NCBI GenBank assembly: GCA_034520945.1 | Contig: JAXHNB010000001.1 | Span: forward strand, 256,001-320,000 | Direction of reading: 5' to 3' | Length of the DNA: 64,000 bases | Origin: Trueperaceae bacterium | GTDB taxonomy: Bacteria; Deinococcota; Deinococci; Deinococcales; Trueperaceae | Shown: piece after piece, positions 11,261 through 21,009 of the stretch | Layout of the letters: each line of letters opens with the position of its first letter | Numbering within the stretch: the first letter of the stretch is position 1 | Made by a program: the position numbers and the translations under genes | The notes under the pieces: generated by a model | Told to the model about the DNA's origin: nothing | What the model saw: the letters and a program-made list of their open reading frames with translations, nothing else | The model's database searches: none

Positions 11261-12656
11261 GGGGCGTCTCCAATCTCGAAATCGTCGTCGTTGCGTACTT
11301 GCCAGGCGTGCAGCGCGCCTTGGAGGTCGCGACGCACGCCGGCCAGTGCGGAATCGCGGTGGCGGTCGTGTCGTTCGAAGGGGTCGTCGTGCAGGTCGAA
11401 CGTCTGCCAGAGGTGCACGCCCTCGGGGCTGGCGCGCCAGGTCGCCTTGTAGCGCGCCGTGCGAAAGCCACGCCAACCGCCGTCGTGGAACGGGTGGCCG
11501 GGGCGGAGCTCGCGTACGAACTGCAGGGGATGCCGGGCGCGCCAGGTCGTGCGCCGTGCCGCGCAACAGGGGGTGAGGTCGGCCCCGGGCATCGCGGCTG
11601 CGGGGTCGGGCTCCGAGGCGGGGCCGGTCGTTCCTGGCTCCTTGCGCGGTTCGCTCGTCGCGGGGCGGGCCAGCGCCAGCAGGGTGGGCGGGAGGTCCTC
11701 GGTGTGTACGGGAGCGTCGACCGTGGTGCCGTGCATGTGGGGAGCCCGCGGGTCGGCCACGATGAGGGGATGCCGATCGAGGCCTCGTAGGGTATTGCTT
11801 TTCGGTGAGGCCGTGGCTGCCGCCCAGTTCGCCGTGGTCCGACAGGAACACCACCACGGTGGCGCCCGCCGGCGTCGCGCTGCTGCAGGTGCTGCAGCAG
11901 GCGACCGACGTTGCGGTCGAGGTTCTCGGTGGCAACGGCGTAGCGGCGTCGCTCGTCCAGGATCCGTTCCAGCCAGGCCGCGTCGGCGCGGGGTACGTTG
12001 GGCGGCAGCGTCACCTCGCGGTCGCGCCAGCGCGCCAGGTCCTCCTCCGGCACCAGGTAGGGCGGGTGGGGCGGTTCGACCGAGAGCACGCAGGCGTAGG
12101 GCAGGTCGCCGCCGAGCTCGTCCAGGGTGTCGATCGCCAGGTCGGTCAACGCGTCGGTCTGATAGCCCGCCAGCGGCCGGGGGTGGGATCGTCGTCCACG
12201 AAGACGCAGGTGTCGAACGGGTCGTTGCGAAGCTCGAAGCCGCGCCACACCTGCCAGCCGCCGCGATGACGGCGCGGAACCGGGTGCGGTTCACGGCGCG
12301 GGGGCTGGACCACGGGGTGCCGCCGTGCCCGCCGTACAGGTGCCATTTGCCGACGTACGCGGTTCGGTAGCCACGGTCGTTCAGGTCGTGGGCCCAGGTG
12401 CGCTCGCACGGGATATGCGCCATTCGATGGCGGGCACCTGGCGCGTGTGCGCGTACGCGCCGGTCATGAACGAGAAGCGGAACGGTACGCAGATGGGCGA
12501 GGTGGCGCAGGCCTGCGTGAAGCGCACCCCGCGCGCGGCCAGGGCGTCGAGGTTCGGCGTGGCCACGTCCGGGTCGCCGTAGACGCCCAGGGCGTCGCGG
12601 CGCAGCTGGTCGGCCATCACGACCAGCAGGTTGGGGGCCAGGGGCGGATCGCTCAC
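11257..12656 (-). CDS. Sulfatase (Cys-type, CVPFR); multiple frameshifts
   Basis: PNLLVVMADQLRRD, SPICVPFRFSFMTG, YVGKWHL, EPPHPPY, FLSDHGE and FDLHDDPFE across frames; GTGA coupling on both sides. Confidence 0.85.
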
Positions 12657-14235
12657 GCGTGTCCCTTTCGGCGGGTGGTGGCGTCGTCGCTCGCGCACCA
12701 GGGCGTGGTGCAGGCCCGCGATCAGCTCCGCCTTGCGGTTGGCGTACGCCGGGTCGCGCCAGCGGTTGTGAAGCTCGCCCGGGTCCTCGGCGAGGTCGAA
12801 CAGTTCGCCGTGCGGGACGGGACCGTCGCGGTCGGTGTAGGTGGTGAGCTTGGCGCCCGAGGTGACGAGGGTGCGCAGGCGCAGGCCGAGGTAGTCCTCG
12901 TCGTTCTCGATCACGACGGCGCTCTGTACGGCGTCGCGCTGCGGCCCTCCAGCACCGGCCGGAGCGAGGTGCCGGGCAGCTCCGGGGGTTGTGCCTGGAC
13001 GCCTTCGCTCGGGTCGGCCGCAAGGGAGGGACACCCCGTGAGGTCCAGAAGGGTGGGCACCACGTCGAGCAGGCTGGCCAGTGCGGCCGAACGCCGCGGC
13101 GGCAAGCGGTCCGGCCAGGACCAGATCATGGGCACGCGCAGAAGGCCCTCGAAGTGGAACGGCCCCTTGTTCAGCAGGCCGTGATCGCCCAGCAGGTCGC
13201 CGTGATCGGAGAGGAAGACGACGACCGTGTCGCGCCGCAGGTCGCGTCGCTCCAGGGTGTCCAGGACGCGTCCGATCTGGGCGTCCAGGAGGCCGATCAT
13301 GCCGTAGGTGTGGGCGATCACGTCGCGAACGTGCGCCCCTGGTAGGTCGGTGGGGCGGCGTCGCCCGCTGACCCAGGCGTCGAACCTGCGCGCGTCGCGG
13401 AACAGGGGGTGCAGTTCGTCGTGTTCGCCGGCACGGCCGACCGGCGCGGGGACGTCGGCGGGGTCGTAGGCGCCGTCCCAGGGGGCGGGCGGCACGTAGG
13501 GGTGGTGCGGGTCGGGGAACGAGCAGATGGCGAAGAACGGCGCGTCGGCGGGATGCTTTTCGAGGAACGCGATCGTGCGGTCGGCGACATAGTGACTGTG
13601 ATGCATGTCTTCGGGGAGCGGGTAGCGGCCGCACCCTTCGGCGCCGCTGGGGGCGGGGCGCACCCCGTTGCGAAGGCGCGCCCACGCGTCGGGGTGCTCG
13701 CGGCGCAGCCAGCGGGCGTAGTCGCCCTCGACGTCGCTGCCGTGGCCGATCGTCAGGGCGACCTCGAAGCCCGAAGTAGGGCACGGGCACGCCCTCGATC
13801 CGCCCCTCGGCCCAGGCCCGGCGCGACTCGCGACTGGGGGGCGCCGGGGCCGAAGGGCCGTCGTAGCGTTCGTACGGCTCCAGGTGGACCTTGCCGAACG
13901 AGGCGGTGCGGTAGCCGGCCTGGCGCAAACGCTCCGGCAAGGTGGGCACTCGCCGCGTCCAGGGGGATGCCGTTGCAGCGCACGCCGTGGCCGCGGGGGG
14001 TCCGGCCGGTGAACAGGGTCGCGCGGCTCGGCATGCACACCGGGTTCGCGACATAGGCGCGCGTGAAGGCGACGCCGTCCTCGGCCAAACGATCCAGGTT
14101 CGGGGTGCGCACCACCTCGGCGCCGGTCGCCCCGAGGTGGTCGGCGCGCATCTGGTCCGCCACGATCAGCAACACGTTGGGACGGTCGGTCGGGGTGCCG
14201 GCGGTTCGATCGTCGGGAGCGCCGAAGCGACTCAT
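12653..14235 (-). CDS. Sulfatase (Cys-type, CMPSR); multiple frameshifts
   Basis: RPNVLLIVADQMRAD, ANPVCMPSRATLFTG, FGKVHL, SFPDPHHPY, FLSDHGDLLGDHGL..KG, ELFDLAEDPGELHN. Confidence 0.87.
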
Positions 14236-15072
14236 CCTTTCAGGGCGCCCATCGTCATGCCCTTGATGATGTGGCGTTGCGCGAACAGGATCAGGATCAC
14301 GCCCGGAATGGTGGCCAGGATGGCGGCAGCGCTCATCTCGCCGTACTTCAGGTCGTACTCCTGCACGAACGAGGCGATGCCGACGGGAATGGTGTTGCCC
14401 GCCGGGGTGCTGGTCAGCACCAGCGCGAACAGGAAGTCCTTCCAGGAGAAGATGAAGGTCAGGATGCCCGTCGCCAGCAGGCCGGGACGCACGATCGGCA
14501 GGGCGATCCGCCAGAACGCCTGCGCGCGCGAACAGCCGTCGATCGCTGCCGCCTCCTCGAGCTCGCGGGGCACCTCGGCGAAGAAGCTCTGCAGCAGCCA
14601 CACCGCGAACGGCAGCGTGAGGACGGCGTGCGCGAAGATCAGCACGGCGGGCGAGTCGTACAGGCCCACGTTGCGGGAGATCACGTAGAACGGGCCGGCG
14701 AAGGTGATGGGCGGCAGCATGTACACGAACAGCAGCCACCCCAGCAGCAGGCCGCTCCATGCGGGGTTCCACCGGAAGCGGCTCAGGCCGTAGGCCGCCA
14801 GCGTCGCCAGGGCCAGCACGAACAGGGTGCTCCCGAACCCCGCGAGCGAGGCTGTTCACGAGCAGCTGGTCGAACACGCCGCGAGAGCCTTGGAACAGCG
14901 CCTGGAAGTTGTTCCAGGTCGGCTCGAACGCGAACCGGCCCGAGATGATGTCCCGCCGCAGCTTGAACGAGGTCAGCAAGGTGAACACGATCGGCGCCAA
15001 CGTCACGACCACGGCGATCATCAGCACGGTGTGGCGCAGCGCCACCCCGAAGCGGGGAAGCAGCCGGGTCAT
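14232..15072 (-). CDS. Carbohydrate ABC transporter permease (MalG-like); frameshift near 14845
   Basis: EAA loop ELEEAAAIDGCSRAQAFWRIALP; QRHIIKGMTMGALKG C-terminus. Confidence 0.88.
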
Positions 15073-16001
15073 GGCGTCTCCGACTGTCGAAATCCGAGGC
15101 GCTGGTAGGCCACGATGAACACCGTCAGCAGCAGGGCGGCGGCCAGCGTGAGCATGGCCCCGTAGCCGATGCGGAACTGCTGGAAATAGACCTTCTCGAT
15201 GTAAATGTTGATCAGTTCGGTGGAGGTGCCCGGGCCCCCGCCGGTCAGCAGATACGGCACGTCGAACACCTTGAAGGCGAGGATGCTGCGGAGCATCGAC
15301 GCGACGATGATGGTCGGCTTGAGGAGCGGAAGCGCGATGAAGCGGAACACCTGGTACGGGTTGGCGCCGTCGATCTCGGCGGCCTCGTGCAGCTCGGTGG
15401 GGATGGAGGTGACGCCGGCCAGGAAGATCAGGAACATGAAGCTCGTCCAGTGCCAGACGTCGACCATCATCACCGAAGGAAGCGCCAACGACGGATCGGA
15501 CAGCCACAGCGGGCCGCCGATGCCCAGCCGCAGCAGCAGCTGGTTGACGATCCCGTAGTTGTAATCCGAGCATCAGGCGCCACAACGCGCCGATGGCGAT
15601 GGGGGGAGCAGGAGGGGCACGATCAACACGGTGCGGTAGAAGCCGCTCAGCGCGCGGACCTGCGACACCAGGTAGGCCAAGGCGAGCCCCAGGAACGCCT
15701 CGATCGGCACCACGACCACCGTGAACAACACGGTGTTGGTGAGGGCGATGCGGGCCACGCGGTCGTCCAGCAGGGTCCGCAGGTTCTCGAGCCCGACGTA
15801 GGAGAAGATGGTGCCCCCACTGACCAGCTCGACCTCGGCGAACGCCATGCGGACCAACTGGAACGCCGGGTAGAGGGTGAGCACCAACAGCGCCAGGATC
15901 AGCGGCGCGATGGCCACGTACTTGAAATCCTCGTTCAGGAGGCGGCCCAGCAAGGGCCGCCTCCTGGAACGAGGCGCGTGGGGGGCGGGCGAGCGCGTCA
16001 T
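15069..16001 (-). CDS. Carbohydrate ABC transporter permease (MalF-like); frameshift(s) near 15570-15605
   Basis: YVGLENLR, DVWHWTSFMFLIFLAG, ELHEAAEIDGA, TGGGPGTSTE. Confidence 0.87.
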
Positions 16002-16010
16002 GGCGGTGGC

Positions 16011-17332
16011 TCAGTCCAACGGCGCGACGTCGTAGCCGCCGTCCTCCATGATGGCTTGGATCTCCTCGGCGGCTCGCTGCATGGCGGCCTCGGGCTCGAT
16101 CTGGCCGATCAGCGCTTCACTCACGTTGTTGGTGAGGACCTCGATGATCTGCGGCGCTTCGGCGACGCGGGGCTGCGCCTTGATGTACGGGGTGCTCTCG
16201 CCCATGGCCTGCATCCACTCGAAACCTTCCTCCTGGCCGAGCTCCTCGTACACGTCCTGCCGGACGGGGATGGCGCCTTCGCGGGCGTAGTGCATCTGGG
16301 CCTCGAAGGTGAGGGCGTAGCGCATGAACTCGAGCGCGGCCGATTGGCGCTCGGATGGCAGGTTCTGCGGGATGCCCATCACCCAGATGCCGGACATGGT
16401 GGCGCGATCCTCCGCCGTGGGGCCTGGCACCACGGTGGCGCCGACCTGGCCGATCACCGAGCGACTGGTCCGGATCCTCGAGGTTCGGCGCGGCGGCGCC
16501 GACCATGTGCGCCATGGCGGCACGGCCGCTGGCCATCAGCGAGATCAGCTCGGCTTGGCCCACGTCGGCGTAGTTGGGCGGCCCGAAGCGTTCGCCGTAC
16601 TCGATCCAGCGCCGGAGCGCCTCGATGGAGGGCTCCTCGTTGAGGACCACGTCCCACTGGCCGGTCTCCTCGTCGAGCTCGATCACGCCCCCGCCGAAGG
16701 AGTGCAGGTAGGACTGGAACTCCCAGTTGCCGGGCGAGGTGCGGTTGACCAGCGCGAAGCGGTTGGGCGGATCGTGCAGCGCCTCGGCCGCCTCCTCGAC
16801 GTCGTCCCAGGTGACGGGCGCGTCCAGGCCGGCCTCCTCGAACAGGTCCTGGCGGTAGAAGAACAACTGGATGTTGCCGTTGATCGGCAGACCGTACAGG
16901 GTGCCGTCCTCGGTGGAGTAACCGATCTCGTGGTCCCAGCGCGTGGCGGCCTCGTACTCGATCACCTCGGGGTCCAGCTCGAAGTCGGGGTCGATCTCGT
17001 GGATCGGCGTCACCAGTTCGTTGGCGTAGAACTGCGAGTACCACTGTTCGTTGAGGTTGATCAGATCGAACTCGCTCTCGCTGGCGGTGACGGCGTTGCG
17101 GGAGCGCTGCAGCATGCCCGGGAACGGCGTCACGTTGAGCACGACCTCGTTGCCGGTGTCGGCCTCGTAGCGCTCGACCAGCGCCTCGAAGCCGCCCAGC
17201 CAGGGCGAGTCGTTGATCAGGATGGTGATGGACGGTGTCCTGCGCCAGCGCGCCGCCGATGGCGAGCGTAGCGCACGCCGTGACAGCCACGGCGATTCGG
17301 TTCAAGGTGGGACGAAGCGTCGGAAGGGTCAT
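16011..17332 (-). CDS. Sugar ABC transporter substrate-binding protein; frameshifts near 17230 and 16460
   Basis: Signal peptide (ALA-QDT), LYGLPINGNIQLFFYRQDLFEEAGLDAPVTWDD, terminal PEAAMQRAAEEI; AGGAGG SD. Confidence 0.87.
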
Positions 17333-17435
17333 GGTGCCTCCTACGATCGGGAAGCGTCGGCGCATCGTTCGGGCCCGATACCCGGGAACAACGTGCGCCT
17401 CGGACCGTCGGCCGGTCGGGCGTCAAGCGAGGGGG

Positions 17436-18708
17436 TCAGGGACGCGCGCTCACCTCCTCCCCGTGGCCGTGGTGCGGTACGAGGGGGTCGGCGAACGGGA
17501 GTCGCTCGCGCAGCGCGAACAGGGCGGCGCCGTGCGCACCGGCCTGCGGAGCGCGGCGCCTCGGCGAAGCGGAGGTCGAGGTGACGGGCCAGCACAGGCT
17601 GCAGGCGTGCGCGGACGGCCGACGACAAGCGCTGGCGAAACGCGGTTCCGCCGGCGCGCACGAAGCCGCTCAGCACCACGCGCGGGACGTCGAAGATGTT
17701 GACGGCGTTGGCGATGCCGAGGCCGAGGAAGTGCGCGAGGTCGTCGATGCGCCGCCGGGCCGTGGCGTCGCCCGCCTCGGCGGCGCGGAACGAGGCCTCG
17801 GCCGTGGTCCACACGTCGTCCTCGTCTGCCGTGAAACCTGCGGTTCCCTCCGTGCGGCCGTTGGCGGCGGCGTCGCGGAGCAGGGCCCGTCCCGAGACGT
17901 ACTCCTCCAGGCAGCCGCGGTTGCCGCAGCAAGCAGGGCGTCCGTCCGGCACGATCGTGGTGTGCCCGATCAGGCCTGCGTTCCCGAAACTGCCGAGGAT
18001 GCCCTGACCGTTCTTGACGTGACGGACGCCGAGCCCGTAGCCCACGTCGAAGTACAAAACGTCGTCTGCGTCGTGGGTGGACCCGAAGCAGACCTCGCTC
18101 GTGGTCAGCGCGTCCACGTGGTGGTGCAGCACGACGGGGACGCCCAGCCTTCGCGCCAGCACGCCGCGGAACGGCACCTCCTGCCAGCCGGGGATGCGGG
18201 GGGTGGCCAGCGACACGCCGCCCGAGCGGTCGATGAACCCCGAGAGGACGGCCCCCGCCTGCAACAGCCGTTTCCCGGCCGGCAGGTGCGCAGCGACGAA
18301 CGCCTCCGTTCGGCGTTCGACCTCGGCGAGCAACGCTTCGGGCCCCTCGCTGGGTTCCACGCAGAACCCCTCGGACGCCGTCGCGGCGCCGCGCATGTTC
18401 ACGAGGGTGAGGCGGGCGCCGGGGATCTCCAGCGCGATGCCGAGGACGTAGCCTGCGTCGGCGGCGAAGCGGTACAGCGACGGCGGGCGCCCGCCCGTCG
18501 ACGCGCCGACCCCGGGTCGGTCGACCCAACCCTCGTCTTCCAGTTTGGCCAACCACTTCAGCACCGTGGGCTGGCTGCGCCCGGTCGCGCGGACCAGGTC
18601 CTCCACCCGCGCCATGCCGGCCGTACGCACGGCGTTGAACACCAGGTGCTTGTTCGCCTCGGCGACGGTAGGGGACGCCTGTGGCTGCGCACGGTCGGTG
18701 ACGTACAC
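17436..18708 (-). CDS. ROK-family transcriptional regulator (HTH + ROK); frameshift near 17545
   Basis: N-terminal HTH, STGGRPP, GLIGHTTIVPDGRPACCGNRGCLEEYVS; after the shift it reads AGAHGAALFAL...SARP-stop at 17436. Confidence 0.88.
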
Positions 18709-18775
18709 GGGGCCTCCGGGAGGTGGAACGGCGGTCCAGCGGGTGCGGGCACCCGTCGGGTCGAGGCTCGAAGCG

Positions 18776-18815
18776 GCGTTGCCTCAACTTTAGGCAACGC
18801 GGTTATGAAAGTCAA
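18776..18815 (-). promoter_or_regulatory. Sigma70-type promoter of the ROK/ABC/sulfatase operon with overlapping palindromic operator
   Basis: Minus strand TTGACT-17nt-TAAAGT (plus 18810-18815 and 18787-18792); GCGTTGCCT-N7-AGGCAACGC inverted repeat 18776-18800 covers the -10. Confidence 0.7.
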
Positions 18816-18866
18816 CGTGTGGGCGCGCACGTTGCGTGTGCCTGCCAGGTGGCGACCCCACGCGAT

Positions 18867-19246
18867 TCAGCGGGCGACGTTCCATGCCAGCACGACGACC
18901 ACGACTCCGACCAAGCCCCGACCAAGCCCCAGACGAGCCAGTTCGGCCGGGCCCTTGCGCCCTGGCGGCCCGATCCGTGCGGCGTACCCGCCGGCGGGAT
19001 CTCCACGCCGCCTGCCGGAACGTCGGGCGTCCGGTCGACCACCGGCGTGCCCGCCACCCAGTGCAGATAGCCCGCGTCGCCCGGCGTCAGCTCGTCGCTC
19101 CAGGCGTACGCGTGGGACTCCTCGACCTCGAAGGTGCGGCCGGTCCGGTCCGAGCGCCACTCCTGTATGTGCGCCCCTCCCTCCGCGGTGCGGTCCGACC
19201 GCACGTAGCGAACCGCCCAGACGTCGGGATCACGTCGCGAACTCAT
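18867..19246 (-). CDS. Small leaderless hypothetical protein with C-terminal TM anchor; frame broken by an 11-bp tandem duplication near 18909-18930
   Basis: TACACT-N6-ATG at 19246. Removing one GACCAAGCCCC unit gives ...NWLVWGLVGVVVVVLAWNVAR-stop at 18867. Confidence 0.55.
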
Positions 19247-19544
19247 CCCCCGAGTGTAGCGCCGTGCGCGATCCTCGCCGGTCCCTGCGCCAGCCTCGAC
19301 GACGCGGCCCATCACACTAAGACCACCGCCAGCACGCTCGCGCCCGCCTGCCAGGCGATGTAGCGCGCGTGCATGGCATCCAGCGGGTAAAGCGTCCGAC
19401 ATCGCCGCCCGCCCCCGGTCGTTACCCTACGAAACGTAATTGCACGCCGGCACGCTCCGCGCTCATCGGTCGACCATCGAGGCGCCCGAGGCCCACCCGG
19501 GCCCCATGCCGTGCCGCGTGCCCCTCGGAAGGGAGGAGTTTTCC

Positions 19545-20924
19545 ATGACGCTCGCATCCATGCGAACGACCCGCATCCCAACTCTCCGCCTCCTCGCAGC
19601 CCTACTGCTGAGCGTGGCGGTGACCGGCCTCGCCCACGCCCAGCAAGGGGGCGAGTCCGAAGACGTCGTCGCCCTCGAGGCCGTGGCCGACGGCTTCAAC
19701 TCGCCCGTGCAGCTGGCGTCGCCGCCCGATGACCCGCGCCGCTTCGTGGTCGACCGTGTCGGCGCGATCTACCTGCTGCACGAGGATGGCAGCGTGGCCG
19801 ACACGCCGTTCCTGGACCTCCGCGACGAGATCGTCGAGCTGCAGGACGGCTTCGACGAGCGTGGCCTGCTGGGCCTGGCGTTCCACCCCGACTTCAGCGA
19901 GAACGGGCGCTTCTTCGTGTACTACAGCGCTCCGCTGCGGGACGCCGCGCCGGACGACTGGGACCACACCGCCTACGTCTCCGAGTTCAAGACCGCCGCG
20001 CCCGAAGAGGACGACGCTCCGCGCGGCTCGACGAACACGGCCGACCCGAACACCGAGCGTGTGCTGATGGCCATCGATCAGCCCAACTTCAACCACGACG
20101 GCGGCACCCTGGACTTCGGGCCCGACGGGTACCTCTACATTGGGCTGGGCGACGGCGGCAACGCCGATGACGCCGGCCTTGGACACCAGCCGATGGGCCA
20201 CGGGCAGGACACCACCTCGCTGCTCGGCAACATCCTGCGGATCGACGTGGACCGCGGCTGGCCCGGCTACGCCGTGCCCGAAGACAACCCGTTCGTGGGT
20301 GACCCGACCCGGCCGAACGAGATCTACTCCTGGGGTTGGCGCAACCCCTGGCGCATGAGCTTCGACGCCGCCGGCAACGGCGACCTGTACGTCGGCACCA
20401 ACGGGCAGAACCTGTGGGAGGCCGTCTACCGCATCCGTGAACCCGGCAACGCCGGCTGGAACATCCTCGAAGGCACGCACTGCTTCGATCCGGACGCCCC
20501 GAACACCACGCCGGCCAGCACGGCCTGCGACACGGTCGGCCCGCAGGGCGAACCGCTGAAGCTGCCGGTCATCGAGTACCCGCATCCCGGCAACCAAGGC
20601 GACTACGAGCATGCCGGCATCTCCGTCGTCGGCGGCTACGTCTACCGCGGCGACGACATCCCGGCGCTGCAGGGCCGCTACGTGTTCGGCGACTGGAGCC
20701 TCGGCTTCGGCGAGCCGCAGGGTCAGCTGTTCGTCAGCACGCCGAATGCGTCCCACACCGAGGGCGGCACCTGGGCGCTCGAGCGGTTGGACGTCCTGGA
20801 CAGCTACATCCTCGGGTTCGGGCAGGACAGTGAGAACGAGCTGTACGTGCTGACCACGGAGAGCACCGGCCCCACCGGCTCCACCGGCGCCGTGCACAAG
20901 CTGGTCCCGGCGGACGCCGAGTAA
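19545..20924 (+). CDS. Secreted PQQ-dependent glucose/sorbosone dehydrogenase-family beta-propeller (copy 1)
   Basis: Signal peptide AHA-QQ, ERGLLGLAFHPDF, NHDGGTLDFGPDGYLYIGLGDGG, WGWRNPWRMSFD, FGQDSENELYV; GGAGGAG SD. Confidence 0.85.
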   Translation: MTLASMRTTRIPTLRLLAALLLSVAVTGLAHAQQGGESEDVVALEAVADGFNSPVQLASPPDDPRRFVVDRVGAIYLLHEDGSVADTPFLDLRDEIVELQDGFDERGLLGLAFHPDFSENGRFFVYYSAPLRDAAPDDWDHTAYVSEFKTAAPEEDDAPRGSTNTADPNTERVLMAIDQPNFNHDGGTLDFGPDGYLYIGLGDGGNADDAGLGHQPMGHGQDTTSLLGNILRIDVDRGWPGYAVPEDNPFVGDPTRPNEIYSWGWRNPWRMSFDAAGNGDLYVGTNGQNLWEAVYRIREPGNAGWNILEGTHCFDPDAPNTTPASTACDTVGPQGEPLKLPVIEYPHPGNQGDYEHAGISVVGGYVYRGDDIPALQGRYVFGDWSLGFGEPQGQLFVSTPNASHTEGGTWALERLDVLDSYILGFGQDSENELYVLTTESTGPTGSTGAVHKLVPADAE

Positions 20925-20941
20925 CCCAGCGATCCCGCGTT

Positions 20942-20976
20942 CGGCACCCCGCCCGCATCTTGCGGCGGGGTGCCGA
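20942..20976. other. Strong intercistronic hairpin between the two dehydrogenase genes
   Basis: TCGGCACCCCGCC(C)GCA-TCT-TGCGGCGGGGTGCCGA; no U-tract. Confidence 0.5.
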
Positions 20977-21009
20977 CCTGTCCCGCGACGACGAACGAAA
21001 GGACCACGA

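Noticed and set aside
8841..18708. Interpreting the fragmented sulfatase/ABC/FGE genes as true pseudogenes
   Set aside because: Breaks are small indels with catalytic motifs intact, and they affect unrelated neighbouring genes too, so sequencing error is more likely.
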